Source: Patescibacteria group bacterium
GTDB lineage: Bacteria; Patescibacteriota; Saccharimonadia; UBA4664; SCTI01
Assembly (NCBI GenBank): GCA_004297735.1
Contig: SCTI01000001.1
Location: 115,467 to 179,466 of the forward strand
DNA: 64,000 nucleotides
Direction: 5' to 3'
Both the position numbers and the translations under genes were made by a program. The notes under the pieces are model-generated. The model did not search any database. It saw nothing but the letters and a program-made list of their open reading frames with translations, and had not been told where the DNA came from. Of this stretch, positions 1-7,910 are shown piece by piece. Position 1 is the first letter of the stretch, and each line of letters opens with the position of its first letter.

Positions 1-1
1 T

Positions 2-391
2 GTGAAGGTTTTTTACCTCAAAACCTGTAACGGCATGGGCGAAGTGGAGGTTCAACTGATCGCAATTGGCGCTGGCCGGTTTCGATACGTCTGGGACCCA
101 AGCGCCCAGGCGAATCGCTACGACGCCTGCCAGTTGCAGCAACTCTTTGACCGGGGCCGCCGCGCTGGCAGCCTAGACCCGGTTCAAGAAGACCGAGCGA
201 CACAGGGCTTCTACCGGTCTGGTCGTCGGCCAACACGCTGGATGATCGGGCAGCACGAGTTCACCGCGCAGGAGCTTACCAAGCTCCGCCTAAATCAGCC
301 CGGCTGGTTCGAGGTCCTGAGAGGCATCGGCAAGGATCTGCTCGCCGCGTTAATCGCGACGGTGAGTCCACGACGGCGGCACTGCAGCTGA
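2..391 (+). CDS. Hypothetical protein, 5'-partial (reading frame open to the window edge); GC-rich relative to the rest of the window
   Basis: ORF track 2..391, frame open from position 1. Diverse amino-acid composition, unlike the Arg/Gly/Pro-rich antisense frame. Local GC clearly higher than the neighbouring tig. Confidence 0.3.
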   Translation: MKVFYLKTCNGMGEVEVQLIAIGAGRFRYVWDPSAQANRYDACQLQQLFDRGRRAGSLDPVQEDRATQGFYRSGRRPTRWMIGQHEFTAQELTKLRLNQPGWFEVLRGIGKDLLAALIATVSPRRRHCS

Positions 392-402
392 CGTATCTAA
401 AA

Positions 403-430
403 CCCCGCTGCGACCAAGGTCGTGGCGGGG
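403..430 (+). terminator. Hairpin after the partial ORF (ccccgc ... gcgggg long stem); weak T-tract
   Basis: Inverted repeat ccccgctgcgac / gtcgtggcgggg seen directly. The trailing T-run is poor. Confidence 0.25.
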
Positions 431-486
431 ACTTTAGTTTATATAGCTCACAAATTGTCACGAATAGGTGGTTGGACGCAAATGGA

Positions 487-515
487 GTGACAAGCTCCCT
501 AATACCTGGTACAAT
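487..515 (+). promoter_or_regulatory. Sigma70-like promoter for tig (GTGACA -17- TACAAT); TSS about 8 nt before the ATG, so near-leaderless
   Basis: -35 gtgaca at 487-492, 17-nt spacer, -10 tacaat at 510-515. No RBS before the ATG at 524. Confidence 0.4.
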
Positions 516-523
516 CAGCACTT

Positions 524-1804
524 ATGAAAGCCGAAATTACCAATCAAACCGACAACCAAGTTACCTTAAAGATCGCTGCCACTGCCGATCAAATTAAACA
601 CGCGCTGGAGCACACTTATGACCACTACCGCCCCAAGGTAAAAGCCTCGGGTTTCCGGGCCGGTAAGGCACCAGATAATATTGTTGCTCGCGAGATTGGT
701 GATGAGGCGATTCAGGCCGAAACACTTGAGCACACCATGAGCCATGCTTATTCTGACGCGCTGGCAGAATACGACGTGGCGCCAATCGACCAGCCTAAGA
801 TCAACCTAATTAAATGGGTACCCTATGAGACTCTAGAGTTCGAGGCAACGGTTGAGGTGATGCCATCGGTTGATCTGCCAGATTACAAAAAGATTAAAAA
901 GGCAGTTAAGCCGGTTAAGATTGAATCGGCCAAGGTTGATGAAATGATTGAGGATTTGCGCCGCCGCGTGGCTAAGCGCATTCCGGCGCTTAATGCAGCC
1001 GCCATGGGTGATGAGGTTAAGATCGATTTTGAGGGCAAAAAAGAGGGTAAGATTATTGAGGGAGCGGTCAGTAAGAATTACACCCTCAAGCTCGGCTCAA
1101 ACACCTTCATCCCCGGCTTCGAAGAAGAGCTAGTTGGCGTTAAGGTTGGTGAGGGGAAAAGCTTTGAGGTAACCTTCCCTAAGGATTATCACGAAAAAAG
1201 TCTAGCCGGTCAGCCGGTCACCTTTAAGGTTAACGTACATGAGGTGACGCGATTAAAATTGCCCGAAGTAAATGACGAGTTCGCCGGTGAGGTTGGACCG
1301 TTCAAGACGGTAGCCGAACTAAAAGCCGATATTAAGGATCAGTTAAAAGCTGAGGCAGAAGAGTCGGCCAAGCGCGAATACGAAAATGAGCTGCTCGATG
1401 AAATTGCTGGCAAGGTTAAGTTTAAGGTGCCAGAAAAAATGGCCACCCAGCAGCTAGAGCGAATGAAGTCTGAGATTAGTCAGCGTTTAATGTCGAGCGG
1501 CATGACTATGGAACAATACCTAGAGATGCAGGGCAAAACTCAGGACGAACTTGAAAAAGAGCTACGCCCGGATGCCGAAAAGCGAGTTATTTTGTCCCTA
1601 GTATTGCAGGAAGTGGCCAAGGCCGAAAAGCTGACCGCGACCGAAGACGAGATTGAGGCTGAGCTGGATGCACTACGAATGCGTTATACCGACCCCAAAA
1701 TGCAAGAGCAGCTAAACAGCCATGATGTCCGGAACGACATCTTTAATCATATTCTCACCACCAAGACCATCGCTAAGTTGGTCGAGTACGCCCAAAAGAA
1801 GTAG
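524..1804 (+). CDS. tig: Trigger factor (ribosome-associated chaperone / PPIase)
   Basis: 426 aa with N-terminal ribosome-binding region, central FKBP-like segment and C-terminal arm. The classic tig-clpP neighbourhood is present. Confidence 0.9.
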   Translation: MKAEITNQTDNQVTLKIAATADQIKHALEHTYDHYRPKVKASGFRAGKAPDNIVAREIGDEAIQAETLEHTMSHAYSDALAEYDVAPIDQPKINLIKWVPYETLEFEATVEVMPSVDLPDYKKIKKAVKPVKIESAKVDEMIEDLRRRVAKRIPALNAAAMGDEVKIDFEGKKEGKIIEGAVSKNYTLKLGSNTFIPGFEEELVGVKVGEGKSFEVTFPKDYHEKSLAGQPVTFKVNVHEVTRLKLPEVNDEFAGEVGPFKTVAELKADIKDQLKAEAEESAKREYENELLDEIAGKVKFKVPEKMATQQLERMKSEISQRLMSSGMTMEQYLEMQGKTQDELEKELRPDAEKRVILSLVLQEVAKAEKLTATEDEIEAELDALRMRYTDPKMQEQLNSHDVRNDIFNHILTTKTIAKLVEYAQKK

Positions 1805-1810
1805 CTAAAA

Positions 1811-1969
1811 CTACTTCTTAGAGCCTTTTTTCTCAGCTTGAGACTGTTGCAGTTCAGACATGCGCTGATTTATTAATTGAAGGTTTTGCTTCGAAATCTC
1901 TAAACGCTGCAACTCGTCGTAGGCAAGCGCTTTTAACTTATCTATATCAGAAATTTGACTGAGATCCAT
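1811..1969 (-). CDS. Small hypothetical coiled-coil protein (52 aa), below the ORF-track length cutoff
   Basis: Minus-strand ATG at 1969 preceded by GAGGAG with 5-nt spacing. Translation MDLSQISDIDKLKALAYDELQRLEISKQNLQLINQRMSELQQSQAEKKGSKK, stop at 1811-1813. Convergent with tig. Confidence 0.4.
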   Translation of the reverse strand: MDLSQISDIDKLKALAYDELQRLEISKQNLQLINQRMSELQQSQAEKKGSKK

Positions 1970-2001
1970 AGTACTCCTCGAAGTAATCTGTTTAGTATGT
2001 C

Positions 2002-3870
2002 TTATAGTATATCAAACCAGGCGCCGTTGGCCGGAGCGGTAAATATCCAGCCAGTGTTGCCAGATACATTAGTGGAGTTGGCTCCGGCATACCAAGCTGC
2101 TCCTCCGGTGGCAGTTGAGTCTTGAATCGAAAGATAGTCGCAGCTTACCGTTCCACTTGATTTTGAGAGGGTAGCGGCTGAGCCCCCAGTAGAGCTGTTG
2201 ATTGTCATGAGCTTACCGGATGTTCCATTAACGTTAAACGCGCCCGTTATTGTGGTGGTAGTGCCACTAGTAAATTGAAGCGTCCTGGCGTTACTCGAGT
2301 CAGAGAAGTTGATGGTTCCAAAAGTGTTTGATCCGGTAATAATTAGGTTTCCAGTTGATCCGGCTAAAGTGTAGGTGAGAGTACCATATGTTTTATCTGC
2401 GCCGTTAAAAGTTCTGCTACTTGAGGTGGTCGTTGTGATGACAATAGTAGCACTACTTGAATTAACCACCGCGCCTGTACTAGTTACATTCCATACCGCA
2501 CTAGGAGATACCAGTGTCCCGGTTAGGGTCCAGGTGCCAGTTCCCATGTTAACGGTTGCTCCATTGTTAATCTGGTAGTTACCAATCGTGACATTATAGC
2601 TATTTGTTTCAAAGACCAAGCCAGATCCAACCGTTACTAAATTGTTCATCTGTAGCGCATCCTGCAAAGAGTATGTTGCGCCAGGTGCAGCTACCTGTCC
2701 AAACAAAGCCATGGACTTCCCGGCCGAGGTTATTGTATGTGAGCTCCGACCTGCAAGCGTAAAGGTAGTACCTCCATTTACTGTGCCGACATTTGTCAGG
2801 TTGAGGGAGCCATACATGAATGCTGTTGCAGTAACCGACCAGGTTGGGCTGCCGGAGCTTCCTGTCCAGTTTATGTCCTTACCGAGTCTTGGCATGTCTC
2901 CCGTAACTGTCTGACTCGCTGAGAATGCACTACTTATTACTACATTGTCTTGCGGTAGCGGCACACGGCTGGTCCATTTTGATACATCAGACCAGTTGCC
3001 TCCACTAGTGCCCTGCCAGGTTTGGGTAACCGAAGTGTCGAAAGTTATATTGCTGTTGCCTAGGCAGTTGCCTAGCGAAGTGCCAGTAAAAGGTATGGCT
3101 GCACCGCTTGCGTTAATGTCTCTAAAGTCAACATTGGTTAAGGATACCGATGCCGCGCTTACGGTGGCTGCAGAGCCTAGTGACAAAGATGTAGCGAGCA
3201 CCCTATTGGTAACACTATTGCCGGTAATAGTTAAAGTTCCAGTTACGATAGAGGATCCGCCGTTGAACTGGATGGTGTCTGTTTTCGCCGCCGTGCCAGT
3301 ACGGGTAAGGTTTTTGCACGTAAAGGTGTTTGCGACAATTGCCACACCAGAACCAGCCATAACAATAGATCCGCCATTAGTGTTAAAGCCAGAGCCACCA
3401 AACCAAGTCGAGGTAGCGCCATTTAGAGTAACGGTTGATGTGTTGGTGGTTACGGTAAGGTTGGTAAATGTACTTGTGTCCCAAGCAGTCCCAGTAGAGG
3501 TTAGCGTGATGGCGGAACTGCCCATTGTCAACGTACGAGCGCTGCTATTAGAAGATATTAGCTTGCCCCAGTTACAGGTTTGGCCATTTGCATTTAGGGT
3601 TCCAGTGGTAAGTGTGACTGCGCCCACCACGGTTGAACCAGCGTTGTGCAGTAAAGTTAGGTCAGACTTATTTATCGTAATGGTGTTGGCGTTGGCGGTT
3701 GCGCCAGTAATAGTTACGGTGGCGGCTGTGCCGGAGTTGCTGTCAAAGGTAACGTCGTCAGAAGATGTGGGTACTGACGCTCCACTCGAGCCCCCAGTGG
3801 TGGCGGACCAATGAGAGGTGTCCGACCCATCCCAGTTACCGCTACCTCCAACCCAAAAACGACTGGCCAT
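2002..3870 (-). CDS. Large Thr/Gly/Asn/Ser-rich repetitive protein (622 aa), beta-helix or adhesin-like passenger-type repeats; no signal peptide
   Basis: ORF track. Low-complexity repeats of the form TxTLTxTG...NGG. Its stop abuts the upstream gene at 3870/3871, so the two are co-transcribed. Confidence 0.6.
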   Translation of the reverse strand: MASRFWVGGSGNWDGSDTSHWSATTGGSSGASVPTSSDDVTFDSNSGTAATVTITGATANANTITINKSDLTLLHNAGSTVVGAVTLTTGTLNANGQTCNWGKLISSNSSARTLTMGSSAITLTSTGTAWDTSTFTNLTVTTNTSTVTLNGATSTWFGGSGFNTNGGSIVMAGSGVAIVANTFTCKNLTRTGTAAKTDTIQFNGGSSIVTGTLTITGNSVTNRVLATSLSLGSAATVSAASVSLTNVDFRDINASGAAIPFTGTSLGNCLGNSNITFDTSVTQTWQGTSGGNWSDVSKWTSRVPLPQDNVVISSAFSASQTVTGDMPRLGKDINWTGSSGSPTWSVTATAFMYGSLNLTNVGTVNGGTTFTLAGRSSHTITSAGKSMALFGQVAAPGATYSLQDALQMNNLVTVGSGLVFETNSYNVTIGNYQINNGATVNMGTGTWTLTGTLVSPSAVWNVTSTGAVVNSSSATIVITTTTSSSRTFNGADKTYGTLTYTLAGSTGNLIITGSNTFGTINFSDSSNARTLQFTSGTTTTITGAFNVNGTSGKLMTINSSTGGSAATLSKSSGTVSCDYLSIQDSTATGGAAWYAGANSTNVSGNTGWIFTAPANGAWFDIL

Positions 3871-6837
3871 TTAAGCTTCCTGCGAGACCGCCAAGCAGTC
3901 CCATTTACTATCGGCGCTGTTATATATGAACCCTAGGTAGTGCGTCTTACTAATAACGGTAGTTGTTGGCAAAGAGGTCCCAACCGCTCGGTAAATCGCA
4001 TTCCAGGCCAGAGATCTGGCAGTCCCATTATCTTTAATGCGGATAATTAGCGACTGGCCATCGGTTGGTGTCCCGGTTGGCGCGCCGAAGGTGGCGCCAA
4101 CCGCCAGGGCGGTCAGAAGGTAGACATCGGTAGTGTCGGCATTTGGCGTGGGAGTGGAGCTTGAGGTGTTGCTGGATATTCGCTTAGTGATACGCTTGTT
4201 GGTCAGGGTTTGGGTGGCATCGATGTTGGCTACCGAGTTAGCCGCCGTACCGGCCGCAGCAACAATTAGGTTGTCATCGGTCTTGAGGGTGTCGGCAGCT
4301 GAGCGATAAAGGTTGGTGTCAGCTGATGCTCCTTGGCCAAACAATATGCCAGCTCCGGGTGTAGCAGAAGCGGTTGCGCCAATGTAGACTTGGTTTGCGG
4401 TTCCGTTATTGGCGCTTAAATAAGATGCTGATAAAAACTGATCATCGGTTTTTAGGGTGTCAGCGGCGCTTCTATATAAGTTGGTGTCGGTTCCAAATGT
4501 AATACCACTAGCTGCCGTACCAGCGGTGCTACTTAACTGTAGTGTATATGTCGAAGCACCCGCGATACGTACCCCAATATTAGATGAACTACCAGCTGTT
4601 TGAGCTGCGACATCTACGCCATATAGATTGACGGGTACTATTGATCCCAAGCTTGGGGCAGATATATACATCGCTACTGCATTGGTTAGAACCCCGGAGT
4701 CAGTACCAGTGTCAATGCGATTAAACCCTGCGTAGGCAGTACCAATAGTCACTCCTGTAGGGGGAGTGCTTTTAGCAATATTAATAAACCCATACACCAC
4801 CGTTGGGTCGGTAGATGGCTTAAATTCGGGCTGTACCGCTAGGCCACCAGGACCAGCGGCGCTACCTGAAAAAATTGGGCTAACCTGCTGGCCTCTTGCG
4901 TTTGCTGTTGAGGTCGTAGTGGTGCCGGTAACAAGCATAAGTGTACTTGGGTTGGATGTAGGCTCAACACGGAGCATGTCATCTGTCTTTAAGACATCGG
5001 CCGCTGAACGGTAAAGGTTAGTGTCGGTTGCGCTGGCTCCACCGGCTCCCCACTCGTGCTTGCCATCGCCAAAAATTCGAAAGGCGGCGTTTGTATCACC
5101 GTTGATTAAATAGTTTGCTATAAATGCGGTTACAGCTGTTTGTGAACCTTGGAGCGCAACCGTTGTAGCTGTATCGGCAAAAAAACCAACAGCTGCGCGT
5201 AACCTGTCGTCGGTTTTTAAACTATCTGCTGCCGAGCGATACAGGTTGGTATCGGCACCGAACAAAATACCACCGGCAGCGGTTGTGGCACTATCAAACG
5301 TAAGGGCCGAACTAATCGTGGCGCTTGATCCGATTCGGACCTTACCGGAGTTATCGATTCGCATACGCTCGGTTACGGTCGTTGTGCCAGCGGGGGTGGT
5401 GTAGAAAGCCAGGCGTCCTGGCATGTCGGCAGCGGCCGGAGTGCCGTCAACCTCCGCCCGGATTAAGGCCGCAAAGGTGTTTGAGTTTGAGCCGTTAGCT
5501 CCAATAAAACTGATCTGACCAAGGTTATCGCCTGACTGCACAATTGTCGTGGAGCCATTGGCTGTTCCGCGCGATTTTACAAAATATATACCGGGCGGGT
5601 TGGCGTCGGCCGAGTTTCTGGTGGCGGATATGGTGGATCCAGCCGCATCGGTACCTTCTAATTGAAGTTGAGGAATTAGGCCGTTGATTGTTCTGAGAGT
5701 TGTATTGTTGTTGCTAATTAAGGTTGCGCCACTAGGATTGACCGTGATCAGCGATGTACCAGAGTACTGTAAACGATAAGCGGTTGTGGCGGCAGAGGTG
5801 ACATTAAGGCGAATACCAGAGGTATTATTGGTTGAAGTAAACTCCAGGATTGGTGCCGCTGCCGTAAAACGCAGAGTCCCGGTATTGGTCCGGGCAAAGG
5901 TGGAGTCGCCACCAAAAGAAAGACCCCCGCTGGTGCTTGCGTTATCGGGGAACAGTATTTGGGTGCTAGCCCCTGACATATTGAGGCTGCCATTCATGGT
6001 GTCGCCGGTATCATCCACCTTGCCAGCAATTGCACTGGTATTTGCCTTTAGGTCGAGTGCGGCCTGGGTGGCAGTTGAGATTGGTTTACTTAAGTCGGAG
6101 GTATTGTCGACATTGCCCAGGCCTACCGCCGACTTATCTAGCGTTTGCCAGCTTTTGTCGCCCCGCCAGTATTGAAGAGTAGTACCAGCGGTGATAGTTG
6201 GCTCTTTGCCGGCTAAGTCGCTGGTTAGATTGGCGACTTTTGCCTGGGCGATATTGGCGCCAACCGCTACCTCGGTGTCGGTTATGGCTAGCGCAATCTT
6301 GTTTTGAGAGATATTGGCCGAGTTTGATATATCAATATCGAGGATGGTGCTTGGGGCGATTTTGCCGGTAGTAACGGCATCGTCAGCCAGCTTAACCTCG
6401 GTGACCGATCCGTCAATAGGGGTTCGCGCGTTGGTCAAGCGTGAGTCGTCGCCTTTAACAACCTGGGTGGCCGTTGCATCACCGCTAGCGGCAACGTCTT
6501 TAGTGGCGGCGGTTCCCAGGCCCGAGACGTCATTGGTATCGAGTGTGACTGCCCCGGTCTTACCGGCGACACTGGTTACCGGTGCGCCTGGCGGGGCAGA
6601 CCATATACCATCGCCGCGCAAGTAGGTACCAGAGTTGGCAGCGCCGCCGCCAAGTTGACCGGCAACAACTAGCCCCCCGCCATCCAACTCAGCCACACCA
6701 CCAGGTTGGCCTTTTTGGGCAGCAGGAATAGGCTGAATCTTAAGTGAGCCATCATCATTATGCTCAACTTTTAAGAAATCATTAAGTAACTCACCCCATT
6801 GACCATTATCTGATCCTGGAATAGGTAAACGAGTCAT
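3871..6837 (-). CDS. Phage tail-fibre-like giant protein (988 aa): tail-fibre repeat motifs (GLGNVDNTSDLSKPIS, GDTMNGSLNMSG), 4x TNLYRSAADxLKTDD repeats, conserved N-terminal module shared with CDS 24159..26432
   Basis: Motifs read directly from the translation. Repeat copies at about nt 5250, 5022, 4485 and 4317. No N-terminal hydrophobic signal. Confidence 0.65.
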   Translation of the reverse strand: MTRLPIPGSDNGQWGELLNDFLKVEHNDDGSLKIQPIPAAQKGQPGGVAELDGGGLVVAGQLGGGAANSGTYLRGDGIWSAPPGAPVTSVAGKTGAVTLDTNDVSGLGTAATKDVAASGDATATQVVKGDDSRLTNARTPIDGSVTEVKLADDAVTTGKIAPSTILDIDISNSANISQNKIALAITDTEVAVGANIAQAKVANLTSDLAGKEPTITAGTTLQYWRGDKSWQTLDKSAVGLGNVDNTSDLSKPISTATQAALDLKANTSAIAGKVDDTGDTMNGSLNMSGASTQILFPDNASTSGGLSFGGDSTFARTNTGTLRFTAAAPILEFTSTNNTSGIRLNVTSAATTAYRLQYSGTSLITVNPSGATLISNNNTTLRTINGLIPQLQLEGTDAAGSTISATRNSADANPPGIYFVKSRGTANGSTTIVQSGDNLGQISFIGANGSNSNTFAALIRAEVDGTPAAADMPGRLAFYTTPAGTTTVTERMRIDNSGKVRIGSSATISSALTFDSATTAAGGILFGADTNLYRSAADSLKTDDRLRAAVGFFADTATTVALQGSQTAVTAFIANYLINGDTNAAFRIFGDGKHEWGAGGASATDTNLYRSAADVLKTDDMLRVEPTSNPSTLMLVTGTTTTSTANARGQQVSPIFSGSAAGPGGLAVQPEFKPSTDPTVVYGFINIAKSTPPTGVTIGTAYAGFNRIDTGTDSGVLTNAVAMYISAPSLGSIVPVNLYGVDVAAQTAGSSSNIGVRIAGASTYTLQLSSTAGTAASGITFGTDTNLYRSAADTLKTDDQFLSASYLSANNGTANQVYIGATASATPGAGILFGQGASADTNLYRSAADTLKTDDNLIVAAAGTAANSVANIDATQTLTNKRITKRISSNTSSSTPTPNADTTDVYLLTALAVGATFGAPTGTPTDGQSLIIRIKDNGTARSLAWNAIYRAVGTSLPTTTVISKTHYLGFIYNSADSKWDCLAVSQEA

Positions 6838-7024
6838 GTTTTAGTTCAAAACCCTACACACAAACATTTAGACATACTTCTTATGATTACATTATATTCT
6901 GACAGAGCAATTAAACCAAGTAATTTTGCTTATATATTAGAGTTAGTATAGCTAAATTAGCAGTCTAGACAGGGGAGTGCTAAAAAGCTATACTAAAAAC
7001 CAAGAGATTTGGCAGGAGTAACTC

Positions 7025-7630
7025 ATGAATCAGACCCCAAAAAATTCAATCTTAGTCCCAACCGTTTTAGAAAAAACTCATCAAGGTGAGCGCGCCTACG
7101 ATATTTACTCGCGCCTGCTTAAGGACCGAATTATTTTTGTTGGTACTGCTATTGATGATACGGTGGCGAATCTAATAATTGCACAGTTGCTTCATCTCGA
7201 GAATGAAGATCCTAAGGCTGATATCCAGATGTACATTAACTCGCCGGGTGGATCGGTTTATGCTGGCCTAGCTATGATTGATACGATGAACTACATTAAG
7301 CCAGAGGTTTCGACTATTTGTGTTGGGATGGCGTTTAGTATGGGGTCGCAGTTGCTGGCTGCGGGCGCAAAAGGCAAACGCTTTGCACTCCCAAATTCTA
7401 AGGTCATGATTCACCAGGGGTCGGCGGGATTCCAGGGGAGCCCATCGGATATCGAGATTACTGCTAAAGAGGTCCTGTCGCTTCGTGAGGTGTTGGATCG
7501 GCAGCTAGCTGAGGCTACCGGAAAGTCATATGAGCAGGTTCGTAAAGACTCTGATCGTGACTACTACATGACCGCAAAAGAGGCTAAAGAGTATGGCATT
7601 ATTGACGAGGTAATTAGCCGTAGCTCGTAA
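7025..7630 (+). CDS. clpP: ATP-dependent Clp protease proteolytic subunit
   Basis: 201 aa with catalytic Ser (GMAFSMGS), His (MIHQ) and Asp triad context. Preceded by a GGAG RBS. Confidence 0.95.
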   Translation: MNQTPKNSILVPTVLEKTHQGERAYDIYSRLLKDRIIFVGTAIDDTVANLIIAQLLHLENEDPKADIQMYINSPGGSVYAGLAMIDTMNYIKPEVSTICVGMAFSMGSQLLAAGAKGKRFALPNSKVMIHQGSAGFQGSPSDIEITAKEVLSLREVLDRQLAEATGKSYEQVRKDSDRDYYMTAKEAKEYGIIDEVISRSS

Positions 7631-7667
7631 GGTTCATGGCGGGATTGTAAAAACTGTATAAAAAGCG

Positions 7668-7696
7668 TTGACAATCCTGTCATAAATCGGCACAAT
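7668..7696 (+). promoter_or_regulatory. Sigma70-like promoter upstream of rpoBC (TTGACA -17- CACAAT)
   Basis: ttgaca at 7668-7673, 17-nt spacer, cacaat at 7691-7696. Confidence 0.4.
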
Positions 7697-7723
7697 AGAG
7701 TCTAAGAGGAAGCTTAAATCAAA

Positions 7724-7750
7724 GGTAGGGCGCACCTACTTGGTTTTTTG
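7724..7750 (+). promoter_or_regulatory. Leader hairpin plus T-tract (possible attenuator) in the rpoB 5' leader
   Basis: ggtagg-gcgca-cctac followed by ttggttttttg. Confidence 0.35.
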
Positions 7751-7910
7751 CGTGTAGGACTTCTGTACTTGCGAGCTGGTACAAGTGCAAAAGTTCTAGA
7801 AGCATCACACACGTACGCGTCACTGCCGATTTAGAAACACCTCTTGATTATTGCTAGGACGAATGTCCCCCTGGCGCCCCACATTACCAATAATCAAGAA
7901 GGAGGATGTC

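Noticed and set aside
2945-3814. 289-aa plus-strand ORF (Val/Pro/Leu-rich) overlapping the Thr-rich 622-aa gene
   Set aside because: It is the antisense frame of a low-complexity ACN-codon-rich gene. Composition is artefactual and there is no RBS.
4273-5250. Nucleotide-level repeats (4 copies of about 45 nt) that could superficially resemble a repeat array
   Set aside because: They are in-frame coding repeats (TNLYRSAADxLKTDD) with irregular spacing inside a large gene, so this is not a CRISPR or tandem DNA repeat.
2002-6837. Prophage interpretation for the tail-fibre-like genes
   Set aside because: There are no capsid, portal, terminase, integrase, tube or sheath genes in the flanks, which are tig and clpP, and codon usage is native. 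They are treated as domesticated or standalone fibre-like proteins.
7851-7910. Upstream ATG start for rpoB (track start)
   Set aside because: The AAGGAGG at 7897-7903 is optimally spaced for the TTG at 7911. The 20 residues encoded upstream of it are not RpoB-like.
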